From contig OZ176050.1 of NCBI GenBank assembly GCA_964247055.1, forward strand, positions 12,214,001-12,278,000: 64,000 nt of DNA, in the 5' to 3' direction. This DNA is from Paragordius varius. Its lineage: Eukaryota; Animalia; Nematomorpha. The notes beneath the pieces are model-generated. The model made no database searches, was not told where the DNA came from, and saw nothing but the letters and a program-made list of their open reading frames with translations. Of the stretch, positions 53,201 to 64,000 are shown piece after piece. Positions within the stretch are counted from its first letter, which is position 1, and each line of letters opens with the position of its first letter. Both the position numbers and the translations under genes were made by a program.

Positions 53201-53840
53201 CCGAAACAACAATCGTCTGAAGCAAATCAAAAATGGAATTTCCGAAAAATTCTGCAACAAAAATTTTTGCGTGAACAAAAACGCCGCGCTGAAGCTAAAC
53301 GCAGGAGTACCCTACTCTCACCACCTATGGTACATAGCACAGCTCGTGACGTTATTTATGTGGCTAAGCATTTAAAGATGGAAGATGAAAATAATATGGT
53401 AACACCAGCCATATTTTTTTGTACAATGATTTTACTAATAAAAAAATTTTAGACATTATTCCGAATTGTAAATGGTAGCTTTTTGGTATCAAAAAATGAA
53501 TTATTATGGTTAATTAGTAAAAAATATTAACAATGATTCTGCCGCTTATAAATTATAATCTTTGGGGGATATATTTTGTAATTTTTAAGTTTTTCAATTG
53601 ATTTCTATTATTAAATTTCTTTTTGTAAGATAATTTTAATATTTGTTAACTGTGAAATTTTAGGAGCGGGAAGATTGGAAATATATTGCAATAGTTATTG
53701 ATCGAATTTTACTTTACATTTTTATCATTGTGACGTTGGGTGGAACATTGGGAATTATATTTGATGCTCCTCACATCTTTGAATATGTCAATCAACAGGA
53801 ACGACTTCAATACCTAACTGGAAAACAATCTAAACTCTGA
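50247..53840 (+). CDS. nAChRbeta1: Nicotinic acetylcholine receptor non-alpha subunit (arthropod beta1 / nematode UNC-29-LEV-1 type), 6 exons, ~805 aa
   Basis: Exons 50247-50313 (signal peptide), 50659-50798 ([22 protein letters not shown]), 50984-51028, 51342-51451, 51520-53398 and 53664-53840. Cys-loop [31 protein letters not shown] (M1), [17 protein letters not shown] (M2), [12 protein letters not shown] and DAPHIFEYV (post-M4). There is no vicinal Cys pair in loop C, so it is non-alpha. Confidence 0.93.
50323..50604. mobile_element. MITE family D filling most of nAChR intron 1
   Basis: TA|CAGTTAAAGCTGAAATTTTATGGACAAAA ... TTTTGTCCTTATAATTTCAATTTTTATTG|TA. It begins 9 nt after the donor at 50314. 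Confidence 0.7.
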
Positions 53841-54030
53841 TTCCAAAGCATTAATATCGCATACCCATAAATATGTGTAAATTGTCAAATAATGTTTTAT
53901 TAATAATTAGTGTTTTTGCATTTATTATAAATAATATATTTTCCCGGAATACTTTAGTAAAATGAATGATATATTTTTTGCATATAAGTTAATAATAATT
54001 TATCATTTTTTAAAGGTGAGCGGTATTAGT

Positions 54031-55337
54031 TTACTGCCTTCGAAAAATATTAGAAAAATCAAAACTCATTTTCGATGGGATAACATTAAAACCTCTTCTA
54101 CCGTTAAAATTTATATTTTGCCCATGATTATTATTATTATTATTAGTATTATGGGTTATTCTTCGTACTGAAGTTGAACTCCATGAATACTGACAGGTTA
54201 TTCTCCCTGTAACATCTATTTTCCCCGCTATATTTATAGTTGCACCGGGCGGAGGTTGAAAAGCTGGTGGGACAGGCCTATTCCGACACACTTCTTCAGG
54301 GGAGTTGTTTTTATTGCCCAAAATTCTTCTAGATAGTTCGTATTCAGCAATCGGATTTTTTCTAGCAGGAGTCTGATCTGTGCATTTTTTAAAGTCGGCA
54401 AAACCTCGTCTTTGACCATTAGGTTGTTGAAATGCAAAAATTGTTGGTTTGATAACACTCTCCTGTGCATTATTTTTCATGTTAGGTTTGATGTGGTTAG
54501 TTTTCTTTGTGTCAAAGTTTGAGGAAGGAGGTCTTACAGCAGCTGGTGGTTGAACATTGCGTTTCTGTTGACCATTACTTTTAAAGCCTGAAAGACCGCG
54601 TCCGTTTGGATTCAGATTGTTAACTTTTCGTTTTGTGACCGGTTTTCGGACCGAAGCCATATCTTTTTGATGGGGTGGCCAAGTTTGAGCCGCGCAAGTC
54701 GAATCACATGAAAGTTTACAAACACTTTTATGCGGTGAATTACATAACGTATGACAATTTGAATAAAGGTTTTCACACAATTCTATGATATGATTAATAT
54801 TTGGAGTATCCACGATTACTTATAATTTACATAGATGTGAGAGATAAAAATGTTTAAATATACTTTATATAGCAAATTACAAACTTACCACATCTCTCTA
54901 GTAAATGCGGATATTGTGTTGAGCATAAACCCTTAGAAGGACATTCACAGGTTGGTCCACCATTTGATTTTTCATATGGCCTTTCAAAATATGAGCCCAT
55001 ATTCCCTCTAAAAATATTAATTCATAATTAAATAATTAAATATGATCAATTAAAGTGAAATCGGACATTTTTTTATTTTTTTCATTGATGAAAATAAAAT
55101 TTATATCGAAAATATATTCGGAATATTCGCAGTTTTATTTGAGTGATATTTAAATTTTATTCAATTTAATAAAATAAATTTTATTTTGATCGTATGTATC
55201 AAAAAGCATTGTTTATGCAAGATAAAATTTTTGTAAAAATGAAAAATATACCCTGGATAATAGTTACAGGTATATAGATAAAATCCTCCACAATTCTTAG
55301 AAGCACATCCAATGTATTTCGTACTGGCCCACACAAT
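54031..55337 (-). CDS. CAP/SCP (CRISP/venom-allergen-like) protein, 3' portion only: CAP C-terminus, hinge, ShKT-like six-Cys module and basic tail
   Basis: Exons 55337-55252 (IVWASTKYIGCASKNCGGFYLYTCNYYPG), 55007-54889 (GNM..PY..CECPSKGLC) and 54818-54031 (CENLYSNCHTLCNSPHKSVCKLSCDSTC plus ~225 aa). VW..T..IGC and YxCNYxPxGN are CAP signatures. The upstream HYTQ exon was not found in the window. Confidence 0.8.
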
Positions 55338-56259
55338 CTGGATAATATTGTAGTATACTTTATATTTAAGCATTATTGTAGTTAATTTAAAAATAATGTT
55401 GATTTTTTGAATTTTTAAGACGATAATTTGTGTCAAATTGTGCATATAAAATTTTGATGCTCTTTCCCTAAAGTTTAATAACTAAATGTCCTAAAAATAT
55501 TCAACAAAAAAATACTTTTATATGCATACAATGTTATTTTCCATAATTGATATTTTGGAGAAAAGCCCCATACAATTTTTGATAGCTTCTATCATCTTTT
55601 TATTTACGCAGCAATCGATACAAAAATAAAAATTAAAGTATCAAAAGGGTATCAATTTTATACAAAAAAACGGTACCGGAACAAGACCTGCTGACAACTG
55701 TTCTTCAAAAATATGCAGGACCAAACCTTTGTTTTTACCAAGGATAAAAATAATATATATTATTTTAATCAAAATTTTTAAATTTTGTAAGAAGAATTCT
55801 GAGATCTGGTCTGTTGTGAATGTTTTTATCATATAAAAATATTTTTTAAGAATATTATATGTTATCGGTTCATCGGACTGTTTTGTCTTTGGTAATATCG
55901 TAATTTTAGACTTAACTGTAATGAAAAGCGAGTTTCCACTGGTACATTTCGGATTCGTTCTCAGGGATCAAACCATTGAATGCTTCAACACCCTCGAACA
56001 TTTCGATTTTCCCTTTGAACAATTAATTTTTTTGGAACAAATTATATGTTTCCGCAAATTATTATTTAATATTAATGATGCATGCTAAAGATGACATCTA
56101 ATAAAAAACGGGAATTTTCCGATGAATATTGATATTAAGAAGTGGGGAGAATCTTATTAGTAATACCAAATAAAAAAATCCGCTACTTGCCCATGAAATT
56201 ATAAAAAATCCTAACATTGAACGCCACATCAAAATCAATCCATTCATAAATTGCCTTAA

Positions 56260-56400
56260 ACACTTGTTATGCTGACATTATCCCCTAACTTATATATGCG
56301 AAAGGGAACATATTCAAAAATGATATATGTTATGCATACACATAGAGATAGATTGACAAATCTTCATATGGACAAGATATTAGAATGCTGAATGAAATTT
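56260..56400 (+). pseudogene. Possible relic of a hAT transposase C-terminal dimerisation region
   Basis: Across a frameshift it reads ..CER../..SKMIYVMHTHRDRLTNLHMDKIL, resembling the hAT CERxFSxM..R.RL motif. Short and degenerate. Confidence 0.3.
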
Positions 56401-57789
56401 AAAAATTATTGGTGAAATTCGTTAAACATATGGAGATGTGCCGAACTTAATATGTTTCACTTATGCAATTTTTAATTAGTAAAAATTAAATGGTATGAGA
56501 AATATGGTATAGATAATTTGAGATTTATATGCGACTCGCAAAAATAAAGGTAGACAGTGGAGTAGCTATGGAGGGGGGGGGAAAGTTATGCTCCAGGCAC
56601 CATAGTTAAAGGGGCGCCGGATTTTAAAATTTTTTGATTTTATGTCAAAGGATTAGGTATTTAAAAGTTATTATTTTATATGATACATAAAAAATCACCG
56701 ATTTATGAGTGGTCATGACCTTCCATCTTGATCAAAATTCTCCTTTATTATTATCAATATTTAAATCTAACCAACTGTTTCCTATTTTTATTTATTAATC
56801 TGTTTCCTCTCTATCTTCAAGCGCCTACCTTTAATACTCTCAGCCTGTTCATATCATTTATAAAACTTATCTTCAAATAAAGTGTCATTTAAATTTATGC
56901 TAATTTTCTTTTTATTTTGCTTGCTCGATGCAACCCATTATGTTAAAATTCTTTAAATTTAATACTATAAAAGAGAATTCCAAAATAAATATTGTTTATT
57001 TTTTCATCCCAATGGGCATGGTAAACCATCTACATCAAAATACATTACCCCGTGCTTTTGTTTTTTTGTTCCCCTTATAACTATTTTTTTCTGCTCAATT
57101 GCAACTTTACCCTTTTCTTCTTGAATTCAAAATATTTCTTTTTTATTTATTCTATTTATCCATCAGAGAGGTATCAGATATGATTATATATTTATTTTAC
57201 ATCTATTTTCAAGTATTTTTAATATACAAAATGAACACAAAGTATTTTAACATTTGGCCATTATATATATATTTTATAGATAAATATTGATAAGTGAACT
57301 AGAGTTACATTTAAACCGGATAAGCATTTATATTGTTTACTTTGATGGCTATTTTAAGGTATATACATTGTTTATCTGTTGCCTGTAAAATTAAGATTTT
57401 TGATGGAAATATAGTGGAACCGTTTTGGAATTGAAAGTCACGGTTTAATTTGATTATCTTTTTAAATGCAACGGGTTGCATGGAAGGGGGGGGACCGCCA
57501 TCAGTTATTCATGCACCAGCAAGGTACGCCTCTCAAAGTTTATCTAATTTTGTTGTTAGCTTGTACTATAATTAAGGTGACCAGATTTTTTGAAGGAAAA
57601 AGCGGGACAAAACTGAGAAGGGGGGGAGGGTCATTGGGGGGTACAACCAAAAATTTTTATACAAAAAAATTATTGTAATATTTATTTATTTTTAACACAA
57701 ATACATTATAAATATAAAAAAATTTGTACCTTACAGGTTGTTTGTACCTTATTCAATAAATTTACATCGCACAAACAAAGGGTGAAGTG

Positions 57790-58548
57790 ATTGTAATATT
57801 CTAGAAAAAAATTATAAAGACGAAATCATCACAAAGTGCGATGGGTGATGCAAGAAGCGGCACAAAAAATATTTTTAACAATTTAGCGAATAATCTTAAT
57901 CAAAACATTATTGGCAGATACACAACGCTATTCAAACAGCTACTGATTTGTTACCCCTGGATGTGGAAAATATAGATTTTAAAATGCTTGGATATTGTAG
58001 AACTGTTGGTTAGCTCTTTTGCCAGCGATTGAAATATTTATAAAAATGTGATCTCCTAGAATCCTGTTTTTTATCACAGGACAAAGGTTAAAATTCCAAG
58101 TCAAAAAAGGTTAGAAAATAATTTTATACCATTAGCTAATCGCAATATTATAAAGCATCTAGAAAAACAATGCTCAATGAATGGCCAGCTTTTAAAAATG
58201 TTTTATACAAACAGAAACGATTATTTGGAAGATAAAACGGTGCACACTGACACTTTTTTATGAAGTCTCAATTAAATAAATATATTGAATGAGAACTTAT
58301 ATTATGGACAACAGGAAAAAATACGTAGGATAGAAATGGTTAAAATAATCATTTTTAAAAAAATTATGTTCCATATAATAATATTTTAATTGTAGAATTT
58401 GCATTATCTTTACCTGAACCACTGCTATTGAACGCGTTTTTCCACAGTAAATTAAGTAAGGACACGGAATCAAATTTAAATGTTGAATAAAAGCCATTTT
58501 ATGTGTTCAAATATAATTTGACAAATTATGAAGACATATACAATATAA
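57790..58548 (+). pseudogene. Second, inverted, internally deleted copy of the same transposase core and C-terminus inside the hAT element
   Basis: ATACACAACGCTATTCAAACAGCTACTGATTTGTTACCCCTGGATGTGGAAAAT (~57917) is the inverted counterpart of 59597-59652. GCATTATCTTTACCTGAACC..GCTATTGAACGCG (~58400) mirrors ~58770-58815. CAAATATAATTTGACAAATT (~58508) mirrors ~58676-58696. Confidence 0.85.
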
Positions 58549-58589
58549 TTTTGTTTATTTTTTAACGCAAAAACTTTAAAGAAATTATT

Positions 58590-60385
58590 TTATTCTTTGG
58601 TATATTTTTTGTTTGAGTGAATGCGTTTTAGCAGATTGTCATCATTTTTTAAAATATTGTAGAAGTCTTCACAAGAATTTGTCAAATTATATTTGACAGG
58701 AAAACGGCCTTTAAAGTTTCAACATTTAAATTTGATTTTTCCGATGTCCACACCGGATTTACTGTGGATTAAACGTGCTCAGCAGCAGCGTTGGTTCCAG
58801 GTAAAGATAGTGCGAGTTCCACAATTTTTAAAATATTATTGTTATAGTTGGCTTCAAAATGATGAAATTCCAGCCATTTCTTTTCTACTGTATATTTTTA
58901 TTTTGTCCATAATTTTTTCATATTAATATATCTTTTAACTAATGATTCTTCAGAAAAAAGATCATTTTCTGACAGATTGCTTTTTGAGAATTTTTGGGAA
59001 CAGATATAATCAAATGATTTTTGAACATCGCACCAATTAATTCTGATTTTAATGTTATCCAATGAAAATGATCAATTTTGTTGAATTGCGTCGTCCAGTC
59101 TTCCAAATGATCTTTACAGTTTGTATAAAACATTTTTATATGGTACAGGATATCTTGGCGATTTATTAAGCCTTGTTTTTCTAAATTATTTATATTGCGG
59201 ATGGTTAATGGTATAAAATTATTTTCTAACCTTTCTTGACATTGGAATTAGGTTCTAACTTAATTGACTAATTCAATTGCCGAAATTATGTCACCTTCTA
59301 TCAATTTAATAACATTTTAAAAGAGAGAAGCTTGATTATGTAGGGACTCTAACCATATTTTTGAAGAATCACTTTCAAAAAACTTTTTAAAAGTTGAAGG
59401 ACATTTGTCCTGTGATAAAAAAAGATTTTAAAGGATCATACATTTTTAAAATACTTTCGATAGCTGGCATAAAAGCTAACCAACGAGTTTTGCAATATCC
59501 AAGCATTTTTTTGATATTTCTGCATTTTCACAGAATTCTTTAAGCGTTTCAACACGTACCGTGCATATATAAAAATAGGAATATATTTTATCGACTACAT
59601 TTTCCACATCTAGGGGTAACAAATCAGCAGCTGTTTAAATAGCGTTGTGTATTATATGCGCTGCACACCCAACGCCAATAATGTTTTGATTAAAATTATC
59701 TGTTAATTTATGAAAAGTATTTTTTGTTCCCCTCCTTGCTTTTCCACCAAAGTTCGTATTGGTGTTGTCAGCGCAATATGCGATAATTTTGTCTTTTAAA
59801 TTATTTTTTTTCTAGAATATGCATTATTGGAGTAAATATTATGGAATTTTCACGGGGTAGAGAAATTAAATCTAAAATTTTGGGAAATAATTTTGTTTCT
59901 TGGTCATTTGATGCATCAGAGTATAGGGATAAGAAATTAATTTTAAGCAAATCTTTTTGTATTTCAGAAAATGCATGTGGCGAAGGACATTGCACTTAAT
60001 GGCTTTGGCCTTTGTACTGGCACATGTAAACTTTTTATGGAATAATGTGCGAATAACCTAGATACAGTCCATAGATCAAAGGAATGATTGTGATTAACGG
60101 CGTGAAAAGATAACACGCCCTCAGCTAGTGCCAAATTCCTTTCTTCCTCTCCAAAAGCGGTTTTTCGAAAAAAATCGCTCATTTTGTAAGATGATGCCGC
60201 CATATCTAAACATTTTTATGTTTCTGTGTTTCCATATGCTTTGTAGTATCATGCTTCCATGTGCTAGGGTGAATTCCCCCTCGCATATAAGACATTTAAC
60301 AAATGATTCATTCTTCGTTTTTTTTGATAAAAGGAAAATCTTTCATTAATTCATCGTTGAATTTACAACCTCTTTTTGTGCTCAT
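58590..60385 (-). pseudogene. Disrupted hAT transposase
   Basis: Frameshifted pieces in order: MSTKRGCKFN..KCLICEG..H..T.KH (zinc finger), AEGVLSFHAVNHNHSF, SDASN..KLFP, ADNTNTNFGG, GCAAHIIHN (CxxH), KTRWL, LSLPGTNAAAEHV and ..KRIHSNKKYTKE*. Confidence 0.85.
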
Positions 60386-60805
60386 ATTTATAAACTACTA
60401 TTAGTATAATAAATATTTTTTTTTACCTTAATTTTCTAGAATAAACGTGTAAGGTACCGATTTGTGGTATCAATTTGTCTTTTAAGCTACCGATTTGTGG
60501 TATTAACTTGGCTTTTGATAATGATGACAGTAGTAGTAGGAAGCAAAGTGTATAATCATATGATATAAATTTGAAAAAAATAATATTTGTAAATTAAAAA
60601 TAAAAAATTTTAATTTAAAATTTAAACGGATAAAAAAAATTTATTTGTATTAAAAAAAATTTTTTTTATATAATCGTGAAAAAGCGGGACATTTTAAAAC
60701 GTAGCGGGAGGCGGGACAAAGTGTGAAAAAGCGGGACGTCTGGTCACCTTAACTATAATGTATGCCATCTAATTAAGAGTAGTCAGGTATAACTAATTAG
60801 CATAA

Positions 60806-61855
60806 TCTGATGGTAAATGCTGGCTTTGTAATCTGGTACAGGAAAACCGGTAGACCCATTAAAATCCAAACTTCAAAAAAATATATTCATTAATAAATGC
60901 CCCGACAATAGCTTTGCCCTTTTTTTGAAATAGGCCCCCAGTTCGAGCCCACCCCGTGTGAAAAACGGTTTTTTTTTGAAAACAGAAGTCCACAAAAATC
61001 ATGTCTTTGAGACTATTTCCCGGAGAACGTGTTGGACCATTCAATTTCAAATATGATTTTATTTAATTATTTTCGATTGCGCCGAAAGTCGTCTCGCTTT
61101 TTTAACTTAGGCCCTCTTTTTACCAGCTCCCCCCGTAAAATGCCACCTTTTTTAAAAAACAAAGTCTACAAAAATAATTTTCTAAATTATATTTCGTCCT
61201 AGGTATGAGACCGTAAAAATTTAAAATGGATTCCACGTATTTTCTGTTAAAAGGCAAAAATTTTAGCCCACCGTTTCGTTGATGATGGCTGCTGGGTAAG
61301 GAGCTACCCGCTAAAAACTGATTCCTCATGTAACTTTGTGATCTGTTTCCGGAAAACCGGTGAACCCATTCAAATCCAAACATCGAACAAATATAATCAT
61401 TAATAAATGTCCCGACAATAGCTTAGCCCTTTTTTGGAATTAGGCCCCCAGTTCGGGCCTACCCCGCGTAAAAAACAGGTTGAGACAATTTTCCGGAAAA
61501 CGTGTTGCACCATTCAATTTCAAATATGATTTTTGTTAACTTATATCTCGCCGAACATAGTCGACTCACTTTTTTGATTTAGGTCCTCTTTTACCCGCTA
61601 CCCCCGTAAAATGCCATTTTTTTCAAAAAAAAAACAAAGTCCACAAAAATAATTTTTTGATTGTATTTTTCCCCCAAGTAAATAATATATTAGTATGAAT
61701 GCACCGTTTTAAAATTCCTATAAAATTATATATGAATAATTCGAAATAATCCACATATGTGGATCATTTTATTGTCCCTTATTTCAAATGGCATCCCCGC
61801 CCCAGAAGTCCGAAGGACTTCCTCGTGCTGCGTAGCAGCACGTGATTCACGCTAG
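60806..61855 (+). mobile_element. Family A Helitron with a tandemly repeated 5' arm
   Basis: A|TCT..ATGGTAAATGCTGGC start at 60806. The arm ACCGGT[A/G]..CCCATT..AAATCCAAA occurs at ~60847 and ~61357. 3' hairpin CTCGTGCTGCGTAGCAGCACG plus CTAG|T at 61855. Confidence 0.8.
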
Positions 61856-61893
61856 TTATTTTTTATATTTTAATAGCATGAATACATGCGTAA

Positions 61894-63391
61894 TCTATAT
61901 ATTTATAAAAATGGAAAGTGATGGCTTTGTGATCTGTTTCCGAAAAACCGGTAGACCCATTCAAATCCAAATGTTGAAAAAATATAATCATTAATGAATG
62001 CCCCAACAATAGCATCGCCCTTTTTCAAATTAGGCCTCCAATTGCCCACCCCGTGTAAAAAATGGTTTTATTTTAAAGGAATATCACAAAAATCTAGTCT
62101 TTGAAATTTTCCGGAAAACGTGTTAGACCATTTGATTTCATATATGATTTATTTTTACTTTATAACAATTGCGCCGAACATAGTTGGCTCGCTTTTTTTA
62201 TTTAGTCCCTTTTTTACCCGCTTGCCCCGTAAAATGCCATTTTTTTCAAAAAAATTAAGTCCACAAAAATAATTTATTGAATCTATTTTTTTCTTGGGGG
62301 AGTGCGAGTAAAAATTCAATAAGAATTCCAAGTATTCCTGTTAAAAGGCAAATATTTTAGTCCACCGTTTATTTGATGATAGCTGCTGGGTAAGGAGATA
62401 CCCGCTAAAAAATGACCCGTCATATCGAAATAGCGTGCCTTTGGGGTTACGTCCTGATAAATGCGCCACCATAAAATGATTTTTTAGTTTTGAGGCAAAT
62501 TTTTAAAAACTAATGAGAGCATATGGAATTAATCATGATTTCAGGTATTCTCCGTAAAAAGGCAAAAATATTAATCAAGTGCTTTTTTGCATCAGCCTCT
62601 GGGTAGGAATCTACCCGCCAACAACTGGGCCACCATATCGATAATGACTTTGGAGGCAAATTTTGGAAAACTTATCAGGCCAAATGATTTTAATAAGGGC
62701 TTGAAATATTACCCCTAAAAAGGCAAAAATTTAAGTGGAGGAATTTTATTAAATTAGCCGTTAATTAGGCCCTTGCCCTGAAAATGCGCTATCATAGAAT
62801 GACTTTTTGGTTTTGAGGCAATTCTTCAAAAATCCCAATATAGAATCAATTATGATTCCAGGTATTACCCGAATTAAGGCAAAAATTTTAATCGAGTTTT
62901 TTTTCGCCCGGGGACCCGCGTAAAGCGCGCCATATCTATACAGCATGTCTTTATTTCAGAAAACCTATGAGACTGATAGGAACATATGGAATCCATGATG
63001 ATTCCAGATATTACCCATATAAAGGCAAAAATTTTGCCCATGCTTTTTTATACCTGCCCTTGGGTAAGGACCTACCAGCCAAAAACTGCGATACTATATA
63101 GAAATGCTTAGTTTGAAGCTAATTAAATTTATGAAGCCATATGAGCTCATTCAAAGCATGAAATATTACCCGTAACTAGATAAAGTCAGTGTTTTTTTAG
63201 CCGTTAATTTAGGGCCTAACGATTATTTAGTGTTGAGGTATTTTGTCGAATAACCGATGAGACGATGGTATCAAAGATGATTCCAAATATTTGCCCTATA
63301 AAGGCAAAGAATTTAACTCTGCGCTTTTCCCCTATAAGTCTATGGGTAGGGGTCTACCGGTTTAAAACTGAGACGCCATACATTTATCTAG
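61894..63391 (+). mobile_element. Family A Helitron, long form, ending at a non-standard CTAG
   Basis: A|TCTATATATTTATAAAAATGGAAAGTG at 61894. Subrepeat array colinear with 19218-20830. It ends ..GAGACGCCATACATTTATCTAG|T at 63391 without the family hairpin. Confidence 0.75.
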
Positions 63392-64000
63392 TAAAAATAT
63401 AAATTATTAATTTTCGTGTAAAATGATTCACTCGCTGCCAATAAAAATATAATAAATAGAAATTGCTCTTTATATTAGTAGGAAAGATAATTGAAAAAAC
63501 AGTAATTAACATTATAATGGTAATCTATTAACCTTCATTAACTTTGTGAGGGGTGTCCAACACAAATGGCTTCGGGGCTCAAAAAAATCGGCACCCATTC
63601 AAAAATAACATGGGATTTAATATTATTACAAACATAAGACTTTAAAAAATTCCCCGAATATAGGCATATATTCAAATAATTGATAGTTAATCTGTTAAGC
63701 GATAAAATGATTATTAATAAAAAAACACATAGTACTTTAATCGAATCGCTAAGGATAAAATTCGGTCCATTTTTATATTTAACGGTAATGTATTAATTAA
63801 CGCTTTATCCAAAATTAGTTTTTTTTAAACTTAAGCAAAACATTAAAACATAAAAAATAATATTTAATGGATATTAATTCAACTATTTCGTTTTAACTAA
63901 GATTTCATACAGCATAATTTTGCCATAGTAATTCATTTGATACTTATTAAGATTTACGCTCTCTGCACAAGAAGTCGTGGCGCGCTATCTTAAATAGATA

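Larger units (their letters stand above)
57573..60751 (-). mobile_element. hAT DNA transposon (Blackjack-like termini), 3,179 bp, with an 8-bp TSD
   Basis: TIRs TAAGGTGACCAGA (57573) and TCTGGTCACCTTA (60751). Perfect direct repeat ACTATAAT at 57565-57572 and 60752-60759. Subterminal GCGGGAC[A] repeats at both ends. Confidence 0.92.

Noticed and set aside
53399-53452. ORF-track C-terminus [17 protein letters not shown] as the receptor's M4
   Set aside because: It is intron read-through after the ATG|GTAACA donor; the true M4 exon with EDWKY..IDR is at 53664-53840.
56140-56165. GENL motif as the missing CAP exon
   Set aside because: It is on the plus strand, opposite to the CAP gene, and is followed by a stop within five codons.

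Overview
This is very AT-rich, intron-containing animal DNA, most likely from a protostome invertebrate; the taxon cannot be fixed from the window. I reconstructed six protein-coding genes by hand from GT-AG junctions with consistent phases. On the minus strand: a secreted SOUL/heme-binding-family protein (327-2283) and casein kinase 2 alpha (6742-13608). On the plus strand: a very large ARHGAP39/Vilse-like WW-WW-MyTH4-RhoGAP (about 21570-42736, ~2,450 aa), an intron-containing divergent H2A.X (46479-46959) and a beta1-type (non-alpha) nicotinic acetylcholine receptor subunit (50247-53840). On the minus strand again: the 3' half of a CAP/SCP protein with an ShKT-like domain and a long basic tail (54031-55337). 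The rest is dense in transposons: a non-autonomous Helitron family with internal ~155-bp subrepeats, piggyBac-type and TA-flanked MITEs, a tRNA-derived SINE with a 19-bp target duplication, and a 3.2-kb hAT element. The hAT has a perfect 8-bp TSD and carries a second, inverted, diverged copy of its own transposase region, predicting a fold-back RNA; this is the most unusual structure seen. No CRISPR, rRNA or intact tRNA is supported. All splice models and alignments were done by eye and need RNA-seq or alignment confirmation.
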